DNA of 64,000 nucleotides from Chrysomallon squamiferum (Eukaryota; Animalia; Mollusca): NCBI GenBank assembly GCA_012295275.1, contig CM022679.1, positions 24,800,001 to 24,864,000 of the forward strand, read 5' to 3'. Shown piece by piece: positions 1 to 12,826 of this stretch (position 1 is its first letter; each line of letters starts with the position of its first letter). The notes under the pieces were generated by a model. It saw only the letters and a program-made list of their open reading frames with translations, ran no database searches and was not told where the DNA came from. The position numbers and the translations under genes were made by a program.

Positions 1-570
1 ATTTAACTTAAAATTCCACATTTTGTTTATTTAATTTTTGCATCATTCTTGTGCATTGAGATTTTTGTTTTTTGTTTTTCATGCATAATGTTGAAATTCA
101 TTTATGTTACATCCTAATACAGTTGTACATAGAAATGGAAAGCTGTCAGTATTGTTTTTCAGTCTGTATTTGTGGTTTGAGATGGCAGAAAGAAAGAACA
201 ATATATTAAAAAAAACAAATAAAAAACATCAGTATTGTTTGTTGTTTGTCTGAATGGTCTGCTCAGTTCTGCTGAACAGTGGAAGGAAAATTGAATAACT
301 CTTCACATTGTCAAACAATTAAGATCAGACACTTTCTAGATACAGGTTTTGACTGATCTTAGAATTTTTTTATTTTGCTTTGTGAATGTAAGTGATACAT
401 ATGCTACATCATTATCCAGCTTACAGAAAACTGACTTTAGAAGGGTATTACTTTGTAAATACATTTTTTTTTTTTTTTGTTGAGCCTTGTAACATTTTCT
501 GCCCAGATTATTGAAATGGATATTAAAAAAAATAAATAAATAATTGCCAACAAATCATTTACAAGAATAT
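1..570 (+). repeat. Segmental duplicate of 38767-39325 (caspase 3' flank), same orientation
   Basis: Near-identical runs, e.g. atttaacttaaaattccacatt... and gtagaaatggaaagctgtcagtattgtttttcagtctgtatttgtggtttgagatggcagaaag, ...gccaacaaatcatttacaagaa. Confidence 0.93.
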
Positions 571-958
571 CCACACTTAATTAATCATTAATAATTTTAA
601 CATGCATCATTTTTTTCTACAAATGCAACGTGTTAGGATTTTTTTTTATTTTTTTTTTTTTTAATTACTTGAAAGTTGTAGACCACTGATCTAAGACGGG
701 ATTAGTTGCTGGATCAGTTCTCATCATTGCTCCATTTGGGCTCTCACTACCTCAGCTGGTAACCTATGACTCATTTATTATTGTTTTTTTGTTGTTGTTT
801 TTTTTTTTTTTTTTTGATAATGGGTTTTTTCTTGTTTCTTTCCTTTTGTTTTTTTTTTTTTTTTTTTTTCACTCTTCTAGTGGGAAGCTGTCTGCAAAGA
901 TTAAAAACCATCTAGGTCACTGAATGTTATTATAATTAAACAGATATTATTCACATAC

Positions 959-1229
959 CATTTTTAACTTTAGTCACCATTTTTTCAGATTTTAAATTAT
1001 TGTATACTTTCATAGTGAATCCAAGATGTCTGAACATTTTTTTAAAGAGCACTGGCATCTTTTCTGAACCCAGGCCTATTATCCATGTCAGCTTTTTTCT
1101 TAAACTTCTCATTGTTAATAATCACAGCCAAACCTCGATTTTTATTAGTGAAATTATAGCAGTCAGATTTATAATAATCCTCAACTGAAGGCAACTCAAA
1201 ACAGCTTTTTCTTTCTTTCTTTTGATTTC
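959..1229 (-). pseudogene. Isolated caspase exon (N-terminal part of the large subunit), relic of a tandem duplicate of the caspase at 41053-45329
   Basis: Translates GNQKKERKSCFELPSVEDYYKSDCYNFTNKNRGLAVIINNEKF..DMDNRPG. Near-identical to exon 43988-44250, with AG/GT edges. A 1-nt insertion gives TAA at 1042-1044. Downstream on - (570..1) the sequence matches the 3' flank of the full gene (38767-39325), so the SHG/QACRG exons are missing. Confidence 0.9.
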
Positions 1230-1308
1230 CTGTGGTCAAATAAAAAAAAAAAAAAAAAAAAAAAAATACTGAAAAATTATAATTATGACATTTATAAATT
1301 TTATTGAA

Positions 1309-1365
<57 letters not shown>

Positions 1366-2284
1366 TGAGATGAACACATATTTGATGATGCAGCCACAAT
1401 TTTCTCCAAAACAAACAAAGTGATAGGGTTGTGTGTGTAGTCCTGCATGACCCCTACATGAGTTTTGAAATAACAAAATGCATTGTAGGGTCCCTCTCCC
1501 TCTTAAATTTGTGTCAGCTACTTATCCCACTAATATCTGTTTTTACAGTAGATGGGGCTAGTTGCTGTAATGACAGGAAAGCAATGGAATGGAAAGGTAT
1601 TACAAATAATCTGTAATATTCTCTGATGCATATTATGTGTTACTTCCTAATAAAGCAAGTTGAAATATAAACAATTTCATAATATTGACTTCGTTAACCT
1701 TTCAACAGTATTGATTTCATAAGTTTACAAATTACTAGCTTATTATCAAGATGAGTAACTTAAAACTGTTAGCTAGCTTCTGCATAAAAATTAAGAAAAA
1801 ATATGTTTTATTAAACTTCATATTGTAAATCAGGTTTAAACAGATAAACAGAAAAGAAACCTACTACTACAACTCACAGCTATTCATTTTCCATTAGCAG
1901 CTTGAGATCTTTTCAAGCAAATACCTTTAACAAAATAATCATGGGGCAATAGTTGGATTGTTTTATGTGAAAATGTCTTATCCGGATGCTCTTTCTAGTA
2001 ATCTGAACATCGATTAATTTTTAATAAATTTTACCAACACCAATTGAACAGACAAAGATATTAAAATTATTAGAAAACAATCTTCGGATTCATGTGTTAA
2101 CAAAGTCTGGATTGCATGGTTTCAGTTATTAGTGTTGTTATTATTAAAATCATCTATCGTTTAATTTTTCACAGAAACATGAGCGTAAAACGTTAAAGAA
2201 GAAAAAAAAAAAAAATTAATACGTAAAGATCTCAAATTTTGATTGTTTGATTATGAATACAATGGTGTTTGTTCCATTTCAGCT

Positions 2285-2776
2285 CACAAATTGTTGTTTA
2301 TTCGTTAAATCAGAAAGAAACAAACCGACCATAATATTACATGTATTATACACGCATGTACGTAGTGGCAAGATATGATGGCTAAATAAATTTCTGTTGT
2401 TTCGGGTACTGAATTTACTTCGACAAATACATGTAAATTATACACAGTGTTAAAAGTTATTTCTCTTTGTGTGCAGTGGCTGGTTTAGATCTCAAAAGAC
2501 CACTCTGAAAATAGTTTTCGTTTTAAAAACAATAAATTGTCGTTATTTATTCTATATATGATCTATATATTAATATACAACATACAACAGCAGTACTGTT
2601 TTTGATCGTTGAATGCGTTTTGATCGTTTTAGGATGGTTACTAATAAACAGATACTTAATTTAATTGGCAAAAACCAAATTTGTTGTTTCTTCTATACTG
2701 CTTTTATTTATTTTTTGTTTTGTTTGTTTGTTTGTTGTTTGTTTATTTATTTATTTATTTTCTTCTTCTTCTTCTT

Positions 2777-2807
<31 letters not shown>

Positions 2808-2897
2808 TTATTATTATTTATCAGCCGAAGCAGGACTCAATTTCCAAAAAGTTTCTGTCAATAGAGGACGCATGTAACTCATCACATTCTTTTATTC

Positions 2898-2945
<48 letters not shown>

Positions 2946-3419
2946 TGAATGCTACCAACTATTCACTGTGTGATAACAGATCACACACACCCTGGAGTGT
3001 TGTTTCATTGTGTTTATTTCATACCTCACAATATCAGGTTAACTGTCCTGTACACATGCGCATTAATGTACACAGTATCACGTACTGAGAAATGTTCTAA
3101 TGAAATATCGCCATAGTATTGGGTTGAGGAATAAGACATTGAGGTTAAATTAAATTTAATCATCACATAGAAGAAAATTTAAGCTTAATTGATAACAAGA
3201 TGTAATTTAATCAATAATCCATTCTTCGTTGTTATTTACCACTTCTTGCCAATGGTCAACATGTTTTTCTGCAATAAATTTGAATTAATTATGAACTGCA
3301 ATGACTTATTTCTCAACCCAATACATTCAACAAAAATTATTTACAGACAAGCAAAATAAATAACTTATAAAGTTTGTGAAAAGATCTAAAAGCAACAAAA
3401 AAGCAAAGCACACTTTGGC

Positions 3420-3471
<52 letters not shown>

Positions 3472-4929
3472 TATACATGAATACATACATGAAACGTTTC
3501 ACAAACGAGTACATATTTGTTTAAAAAGTTTCTTATTACTTCATGTTTTTTTTTTTTATTTGGTTTTTTTTAGACTCAAAACATCTGCAGAACAACAAAT
3601 CGTAGAAAATATTCAGTAAAACGTTTATCGTAGACCTAAGCTACAAGATTACCTAAAACTGTGTAAGTTACTTTGCCTGTCTAATCAACCTGTTTCCTAA
3701 GATTTTATCAGTTATTCAACTGCTCCAGCGAAGCTTGTCATCTCAAAAAGACCAAGCGCTCACTGTAACCAGTCAAACAACAACTTCACTTCATTATGTG
3801 CATAGTCAAACTCAAAGACAAAGTGTCAAAATTATAAAATCATATTCATCATGATACATGTTTTAAACTATTACACGTGTTTATTATTTCATGTTGCTAT
3901 GATGTTTTCATTAGTTTCTTTCACCAGTTTAAAAAGCATTTTCATGTTATGTTCGTTATCGGACACAAACTGTGTAACATCAGGGATAACGCGACGTGGG
4001 AGAAACACTCGCTCTGTTGAACTAAACTTCACCTTATTTTTAACCCATGACGAAGTTCTAACTTGACTGGGTTTTTGTTGTTGTTTTTTTAAAGATTTTT
4101 TTTTTTTTTTTTTTTATTTATTTACGATATTTACGAAGTTTAACTTGCCTGGGTTTTTTTGAAGATTTATTTAGGATATTTTATAGAAGGTCTTTAATAC
4201 AAGGTGTGCACTTTCATATTTTATTAACTTAATACTACTAACACTTTATTTCGTCTTCTTTTCTTAATTTATGTATAGTAATGATGATTATGATGATGTT
4301 GATAATGGTGATGATAATGATAACAGTATACAAGATTAATCATGTAGAAGAATAGATACAACAACAACAAAATCGACAATAAATAAATAAATAAATAATA
4401 ACTACAGAAAGATTTACATATTTTGATAAAGCACTTAACATCATTTAATTACTAAGTGTCGCATATATGTTGTTCTGAACAAGTAGCAGTTCCCAGGAAT
4501 ATGATTTACATGAATAATAGCTCTTTGTACATGTATTTCTGTGGGAAAAATAAAACAATAAAAATTGTGCTGAATCATTATATTTATCAGTCACCTCGAA
4601 CATCTCCGAAGCATAAAAGAGAAAAAAACAATAAGGTGACCTTTTAAGGTTATTCAAGATTTATATTTTGTGATAAACCTCTGAATCCTGCACAAGTAAG
4701 TCATGTAACACTCAACACACGTGTAGTATCGGAAGATTGGCTTACAGTTAACGTTTACAGCAATTCAAAGACATCAATTTTTGTTTTCAGATTATTAGAT
4801 GATAGACTTAGAGTGTCATCCAAGTCTAAACACGAAAACAATATACATTTTAAAGTTTTTGTTTTATATATATAAAGACTAAATCCAAAGATAATTTTAT
4901 ATATTTTTTTATTATTGTTATTGTTGTTG

Positions 4930-4974
<45 letters not shown>

Positions 4975-7303
4975 TAATGTTTTTGTTTTGTTTAGCTAAT
5001 GAGTCTATTGAGATTATGAATTATTACAAGAACCAAACTTTATTTCTCCGTGAAAAATAAAACACAGTAAATATTGTGCTGAATCATTATATTTATCAGT
5101 CACCTTGAACATCTCCGAAGTATAAAAGAGAGAAAAACAATAAGGTGACCTTTTAAGGTTATTCAAGATTTATATTTTGTGATAAACCTGTGAATCTGCA
5201 CAAGTAAGTCATGTAACACTCACCACACGTGAAGTGTCGGAAGATTGGCTTACAGTTAACGTTTACAGCAATTCAAAGACATCAGTTTTTGTTTTCAGAT
5301 TACAAGGCGATAGACTCAGAGCGTGATCCAAGTCTAAACATGAAACCAATATACATTTCATAGTTTTTGTTTTATATATATAAAGACTAAATCCAAACAT
5401 CATTTTATATTTTATTATTATTATTATTATTTTAATGTTTTTGTTTTGTTTAGCTAATGAGTCTATTAAGATTATGAATTACTACAAGTACCAAACTTTA
5501 TTTTGAAGTCACTTATATCAGAGGATCAATAAGAGATTGTGGTTTGCAATCTGAAAATACAAAGAATTAACATGCATTTTATGATGGAAACATTTTAATA
5601 TTTCCAAGTAATAATAATAATGATAAGTCACCAAGAACAATAAACCAATTTGATATATAAAAATGTTAACAAAACCACGTTAAAGTGATACATGAATAAA
5701 TAAATAAAATTATTAAGCTTGAAGTTAACAAATGGGATGAAATTTAAAATAATAAATTGTCAGTATAAAAGACTAATGAAAAAACAAAATTGATAAATAC
5801 AACAATTCATGACAAAGCAAATATTCAACCTAACTTAGTAATGTAAACTAATAGTAAATAAAAATATTCTTCTATCCTGATTTATAATCATAATACTAAA
5901 AATGTTCATTATGGATTTGAAAGTATTACCGATATGTTTGGTTTTAATAGCATTCATTGTTTTGTATTTATTTTTATAATGAACATTATTATGAACAATT
6001 CATGGAAACAGTAGATAATTTTTGTAGATCATTTTAAATAAATAACAGGTAAATGCAACGTTGTATTAAATATCTTGATATAAATAAATAAATAAATAAA
6101 TAAATAAGTCTTTAAAAAGGAAAATCTGAATCAGTCTTGAAACTTTTTTTTCAAAAGAACAGACATCATATTCATATTTACATGGCCTGTTTATATTTAG
6201 CCCGGCGTTTCAGAAAAATAGAAACTGAATGTACCAAAATAAAATTGTTTTATCATAGGCAAGTTATTTTGACTTTTAACCTGTATAATATCGTTTATAT
6301 CTTATAAATAAAATACAAGAACGCTCTCTAAACTAGTGAAAGAAACTATTTGATGAAAATATAACAACATAATGAAAAATAAAAACTGTGATGATAAACA
6401 CTCGATACTGAATGACACTTTAATAGTTTAAACGCATGTTTTATAAATAAATATTATTTTTTAGTTTTGACACTTTGTCTTTGAGTTTGTCTATCTACAT
6501 TATGAAGTTAAGTTGGTGTTTGACAGCTACATCGAGCGCTTGGTGTTTCTGGGACGACAAGCTTCATCAGTCGTATGAAACAGGGTGATTTGACAAACCA
6601 AAGTAGTTGAGACTGTTTTGGATGATCGTGCATCTACGTCTACGACAAACGTTTTACTGAATACTTTGATACGATTTGTTGTTGTAGCAGTTTCAGACAT
6701 TAAAAAGTAATATGAAACAATTTAAACTAACATTCATTTGTCAAATCAATCAATTTTTCCCCGACTCATGATCATGTTGTCAGTCTCCAATACATCGAAA
6801 ATGTGAACATAATTTTGTTCAGAGATCTCACATTATATCTCATCTTTGTACTATTTTTAGTTTTTTCCATAAACATAATTTTTTGTTTATTATTATTATT
6901 ATTTTTATTTATTTTTTTTTTATTTATTTATTTTTTTTTATTATTATTATTATTTTATTATTATTATTATTATTTTAAGTCTGCATTTGTTTAACGTTTC
7001 CTTAAATGTATTTTGTTGTATGTTCTTATGTATTTTTGTCGAGAGTTGACCATATATACGATTCACGGAATTAATAATTAACCAATATGAATACTGTATT
7101 TATGGCATTTACCTTCATACACAAAGCAGAAATTTAAATGCTGTCCAGTAATATTTCGTTAAATCATTTCTCACTAAACGACATACGAACGTGATACCGT
7201 ATACTTGAATGCGCATGTGTGTAGGATAGTCAACCTGGCACTGTGAAATAACATTCGCGGGTAACTGTGAATATGTTGCCACACAGTGAATAGTTGATGG
7301 AAT

Positions 7304-7354
<51 letters not shown>

Positions 7355-7640
7355 GAAAAGAAAAAAAGGTATAGAAAAAAAAAAAAAAAAAAAGTTTTTT
7401 CCAATTAAATTAAGTATATGTTTATTAGTAACTATCCAAACGATCAAAACGCATTCAAGGATCAAAAACATGACTGCTGTTGTATTATATAATACTAAAT
7501 AGATCATAGGAGGATAATTAATGGAAAATAAAAATTTAGTCATTCTGAAATAACAAGTTATTTGTTAAACACTAAAGAAATAATTGTGAGCAATGTATAA
7601 TTTTTTTTCGTTCTGATTTAGCGAACATACAACAAATTTT
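2285..7640. repeat. Large diverged inverted duplication (arms ~2285-3900 and ~6380-7640)
   Basis: Collinear reverse-complement blocks: 2287-2320/7605-7640; 2580-2676/7397-7490 (tttgatcgttgaatgcgttttgatcgttt / aaacgatcaaaacgcattcaaggatcaaa); 3040-3100/7160-7240; 3585-3875/6420-6690 (ctcaaagacaaagtgtcaaaa / ttttgacactttgtctttgag). Confidence 0.85.
4536..5503 (+). repeat. Direct tandem duplication, 2 copies of ~0.5 kb
   Basis: attgtgctgaatcattatatttatcagtcacc...caagtaagtcatgtaacactc...ccaaactttattt occurs at ~4540-5045 and ~5050-5503 with few differences. Confidence 0.93.
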
Positions 7641-8085
7641 AAACACAAACACACAAAAATAGAATACCTATCTTTCTACTTCATAACCCTTAAAAATATA
7701 CAGACATATGTATATCTATTTATCTATCTATCTATCTATCTATCTATCTGTCTATATGCTGAAAATGAAATTCAATAACAACCACTTCACTTCGGTAAAG
7801 ATAAAGATTTTTTTTTTTTTTTTTTGTTTTTTATCACATTAATATAATAATAACAAAATAGTAATAAAAATAAATAAGTTATTAGATAAGAAATAAAATG
7901 CAATAAAACAAAATAAAAAACTTAAAATAATACGATTTATATAGTTTATAAAATGCAATTAATATAGTTTGTAAGAATTTTAAGAATAATTAATTTTTCT
8001 ATGTGATATTCTTTTTCGCTTCCACGGTATTTTTAAACACCTTCCCGATCTAAAGAAAGAGCAACATTAGTTTAAGAGATAAGAA

Positions 8086-8122
<37 letters not shown>

Positions 8123-8378
8123 TGATAATGATGAATAATAATAATAATAATAATAACAATAATAATGAATAATAACAATAAATAAATAAATAAATAAATA
8201 AGAGAGAGGGACATGTTTAGCATATTATTTTGTATAATGAAAAGAATATTTTGTCAAGCTAAGTTATTAAAATCTGCTAAAAATGAATAAAACAAATAGA
8301 AAGACAAAAAAAAAAAAAATAAAAAATAAAAAATTAATATCATGTTTAAAATCCCTTAATAATAATAATAATAATAAT

Positions 8379-8427
<49 letters not shown>

Positions 8428-8544
8428 TAATAACTTAATGTCTGAAGGGTATCTAAATAAACCCATAATCTATATAAATATGCTAAAAAGAAACTTTTTA
8501 ATTATATTCATTGACGGATCTACGTTGTTATAAACACGTAGTCG

Positions 8545-8684
8545 TTCCCGAGAAATCAACTTTACTGTATTAAATTCACAGTACATGTGTACGAAGTCTT
8601 TGTACGTATATTTTCCCGGGAAATCTACGATAGCAGTTACGCTGGACAGGTTTGTTTATTAGCAACGACTCCGAGTTATAAAAA
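8545..8684 (+). promoter_or_regulatory. Putative promoter: two STAT/GAS-like TTC-N4-GAA sites plus a TATA box
   Basis: TTCCCGAGAA 8545-8554; perfect palindrome TTTCCCGGGAAA 8612-8623; TATAAAAA 8677-8684. Locally CpG-rich, ~75 bp upstream of the ATG at 8760. Confidence 0.6.
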
Positions 8685-8759
8685 GAGACGAGCGCTTTAC
8701 TGTTGTATTACATGATTGGTGCGTACAATATCAGACAGTGTTAACGAACCAGCCGAACG

Positions 8760-8870
8760 ATGATCGGGGAAAAGAAGGAATCAAGTAAAGAACTGAAGGA
8801 AAGAATGGCCTGTTTCGGTAAAGTAGTGTCGGGTGCCAAACAATTGTTTACTTCAGAAGCTGCTAGTAAT
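8760..8870 (+). CDS. Probable first coding exon of the aegerolysin-like repeat / TRPM locus
   Basis: MIGEKKESSKELKERMACFGKVVSGAKQLFTSEAASN follows the TATA box; candidate GT donors near 8867-8873 (exact donor uncertain). Confidence 0.55.
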
Positions 8871-8892
8871 GTGTTAGTATTATGTTTTGTTG

Positions 8893-8939
<47 letters not shown>

Positions 8940-9247
8940 TTACGTTTATAATAGAATGTTTATATTAACCTATTAATTAATTAAATAAATAATTGTATAA
9001 TTATTTTATGATTAAATTTTAAAACATACAAAACATATTTAAATAGGCTTCCTAACTTTGCATAATAAAATCAGCTTTGCTTAATTATAGTTTTGCTAAC
9101 TAGGAAAATTAATAATCTGTTACATATTATTAATCTCAGAATAATATGATGTTACTTTACATTAAAATAACAAAGAAAAAAGACAAAAATGTTAAATATC
9201 TTAATGATGGATATTTTATTTTGTGCTTTTTTTTGTTTTAAAAACAG

Positions 9248-9693
9248 CGCGCAGAGGAACATGATAGGGAAATTCCTGAAGTCTCCATAATCATTGATGT
9301 CTGTAATGAAACAAACAGCAGCACCTCCATTTAGAATCAAGTCATTTTGCAGAAGGAGAATGGATTCAATGATCTTTTCTCGAGATCATCGAACCCGATG
9401 AAAGGCTTGGACGTGCCACAAATCGTCAATCTGAACGCGAAGGTGTGAAAGGTGGCGTCGAATTTGAAATAGAAAACACTGGAAAGTATTTTTACATTGG
9501 GTTTGAGAACTCTATAGGTGGTGACATCAAGTCTTTCATAGCTGTTGATGATAATAAATCAGCAAAGTGGGCTTGTGAGAATATCAGTGGTGGTGCTGAT
9601 AAGAAGCTGACATCTCATGGTTACTATCTGACATGTTGCACAGAAAACCCAGCAGAATCAAAATTTAAGAAACTAATTTTCACTATCAGACAG
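9248..9693 (+). CDS. Aegerolysin/actinoporin/Cry34-like beta-sandwich domain, repeat exon 1 (frameshift ~9315, in-frame TGA 9370-9372)
   Basis: Reconstructed VSIIIDVCNETN/QHLHLESSHFAEGEWIQ*SFLEIIEPDE..ATNRQSEREGVKGGVEFEIENTGKYFYIGFENSIGG..LIFTIRQ. Fits the pattern NxTxxxLxxxxxxxxxGxW..IxP..GxxG.Y..F/WxN. Ends in a phase-0 donor CAG|gtcagt. Family assignment by eye. Confidence 0.6.
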
Positions 9694-10181
9694 GTCAGTT
9701 TAATATCTATTTATTTGTGTAATATCACATATATATATATATATATAACTAAGAACTTTATGTATATATGAAATAAGTACTCTGTCGTTAAATTTTGTTG
9801 TGAGAAATAATTGATTTAGTTTACTCATTTTTATTAATTTGACAGGTTTTTATTTTACATTTAATATACTTACTCCTGCTGTACTGTTTCTGAGTAACAC
9901 TAATGTAAATAAGATCCCTTATTTAGATCTTTCTCAAATCTTAATAGGTTCAAATGATCCATTCAAAACAAAAAGTGTTTAACAAATTAGTTTATCAAGT
10001 GGAAAAAATATGTTAGAGAACCAAATACATAGATACATGTCGTAATACAGGAACAACAAACAACAAGAAGAAGAATACATAACAACAGTAATGATGGAAA
10101 TTTTATATTATTTACTGAGGAACAAATAAATCAATAAATTAACGATTAGCACAAACTTAATATTTTTATTTTTTTTTTCAG

Positions 10182-10591
10182 CATATAATATCTGTATTGT
10201 ATATTAACAACTGTACTCCCTATGATCTATGTTACAAAGATAAATTTTGTGAAACCTGAAAACTACTTCTACTTTGGTGGAGTCACCCACCATCAAAGCT
10301 AATGAAACCGAAACCATCGTTGTGTCAGATTCTAGTGGACATTTAGCAGAAGTAGTTGCTGGTGGATTGAAGTATACCATAGATGGACAACAATTGTTCT
10401 TGTACATTTACTTTAGTAAGACACAAAATGGAAATTACAAGGCATTCATTGCTATTGATAAGAATAAATCAGCACAATGGGCTTGTGAGAAGAGCAGAGA
10501 AGGTTTTTATGAGACACCGACAGCTGATGGTTACTATCTGTCATGTTTCACAGATTCAGAGTCTAAACTTTTTGTTTTCACTATCAGAAAG
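10182..10591 (+). CDS. Beta-sandwich repeat exon 2 (1-nt poly-T insertion ~10245)
   Basis: cag|CAT acceptor and AAG|gtcagt donor, phase 0-0. LYINNCTPYDLCYKDKF/VKPEN..ESPTIKANET..AGGLKYTIDGQQLFLYIYF..WACEKS..GYYLSC..FVFTIRK. Paralogous to exons 1 and 3, including the following intron. Confidence 0.75.
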
Positions 10592-11063
10592 GTCAGTTTA
10601 ATATCCTTTACTTTCCATATATTTGAGTAATATCATACATATATATATATAACTGAGATCTTTAGTTATATATATGAAAATAAGTCCTGTTCTTACATTT
10701 ATTGTGAAAAATAATAGATTTAGTTTATTAATTTGACAATTCTTAATTTTACATTTAATATACTTACTCTTGCTGTACTGTTTCTGAGTAACCATTAATG
10801 TAAATAAGATCCGTTATTTAGCTCTTTCTCTACTCTTAATAGGTTCAATGATCCATTAAAACAAAAGTGTTTAATAAATTAGTTTATCAGCTGGAAAACC
10901 AAATACATATACGTTATAATACAAGAACAACAAACAACAACAACAAGAACACATAACAACAATAATGATGGAAATTTTATATTATATACTGAGGAACAAA
11001 TATATCAATACATTAATGATTAAAACAAATTGTAATATTATTATAATATCTTTTTTTTTTCAG

Positions 11064-11453
11064 GATATAATATTTTTGAACATTATCAACAGTACTCCCT
11101 GTGATCTATGTTACATAGATAAATTCGTGAAACCTGAAAATACTTCGGTGGAGTCACCCACCATCAAAGCTTATGACACCAAAACCATTGAAGTGACAAA
11201 TCCTAGTGGATGTTTAGATAAAGTGGCTGGTGGATTCAAATATACTTTAGAGAGACAACAATTGTACATTGGCTTTAGTACGACAGAAAAAGGAAATTAC
11301 AAGGCATTCATTGCTATTGATGAGAATAAATCAGCAAAATGGGCTTGTGAGAAGAGCAGAGAAGGTTTTTATGAGACACAGACAGCTGATGGTTACTATC
11401 TGTCATGTTTCACACATTCAGAGTTTAAACGTTTCGTTTTCACTATCAGAAAG
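11064..11453 (+). CDS. Beta-sandwich repeat exon 3 (intact, 130 codons)
   Basis: cag|GAT acceptor and AAG|gtcagt donor, phase 0-0, open frame DIIFLNIINSTPCDLCYIDKFVKPENTSVESPTIKAYDT..AGGFKYTLERQQLYIGFST..FVFTIRK. Confidence 0.8.
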
Positions 11454-12329
11454 GTCAGTTTAATATCCTTTACTTCCCATATATTTGTGTAATATCATCT
11501 TTAGTTATATATATGAAAATAAGTACTGTTGTTACATTTATTGTGAGAAATAATAGATTTAGTTTATTAATTTGACAATTTTTAATTTTACATTTAATAT
11601 ACTTACTTTTACTGTGTACTGTTACTGTGTAATATATTGTAAATAAGATCAGTTATTTAGATCTTTCTCTACTCTGAACAGGTTCAAATAATCCATTAAA
11701 ACAAAAAGTGTTTAATAAATTTGTTTATCAGCTGGAAAAAATATGGGAGATAACTAAATATATAGATATACATTATAATACAGGCACAACAACAAACAAC
11801 AACAACAAACAACAACAACAACAACAAATAATAATAATAATAATAATAATAATGAAAATTTTACGTTTTGATTACACCACCCCTGTCTAAATGGAGTTTA
11901 CATTAGAAGATCAGTTCAGGATATTTGTATCATTCCATTGCAGAAAGTGCATGTTAGAGGTCAGCAGATTTTCAGTAAAAGAAGACAAATATCAACCATC
12001 AGATTTTAAAAAAAGCATCAGTTTATATATATAATTTGTAACATAATTTGAAAAAATAACTTTTTAATATTTTTTCTTTCTTTTTACTCAAGAAGGAAGA
12101 GTGAAATTAAATCCATCTTTCTAGGCCTGTAATAAAGTATAACAGGTTTCATGTAGCCTGAGTATGCTCTGGCACAGAGACAAATGTCTGTCTGAGCTGA
12201 GGATACTTGGGCTAAGGCATCACACTGATTAATTTTATGTTTTATATAAATTTAAATGAATTCATATATATACAAAATATAAAATATTTTTGTAACTGCA
12301 TATGTGTATATGTATGTGTGTCTGTGTGT

Positions 12330-12378
<49 letters not shown>

Positions 12379-12729
12379 AGTGTAGGTACTGGCTTCAGCA
12401 ATGTGCAGCTTGTTGCAAGGACCGAATCAGTTGAAAATTGTTGTCATTTCCCTGATTATAATTAAGCGTTTTATTGTTTTTTAAAGTCTTGATAGAAAGA
12501 AGTCAAAATACAGCTAATTCATATCTGAGGAAGGGATGAATCTGGGGGAAAAATAACAATATTTACAAATTAAATGCTTGAAATCTGTGCATTTTCATTG
12601 CTTCTGTGTATAAATTTGTGAAAGATACGAGCTGGCAAAATCAGGATTTTCATTTTGTAAAAGGATCTATAACATACAAATATCTGACAGTTATTTTTTC
12701 AAGATATATTTTGGGCCAGTACCTGATAC

Positions 12730-12793
<64 letters not shown>

Positions 12794-12826
12794 CTGCCTA
12801 TATTATAATCTATTTGACTATTTAAG

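Noticed and set aside
2613-3088. Poly-F/S/L/Y ORFs, and many similar short track ORFs (CVCV, THTH, ERER, LLYST)
   Set aside because: Translations of microsatellites and homopolymers.
9370-9372. In-frame TGA as selenocysteine or readthrough
   Set aside because: A frameshift lies ~55 nt upstream, the paralogous exons have no Cys here, and no SECIS was recognised; more likely a lesion or an error.
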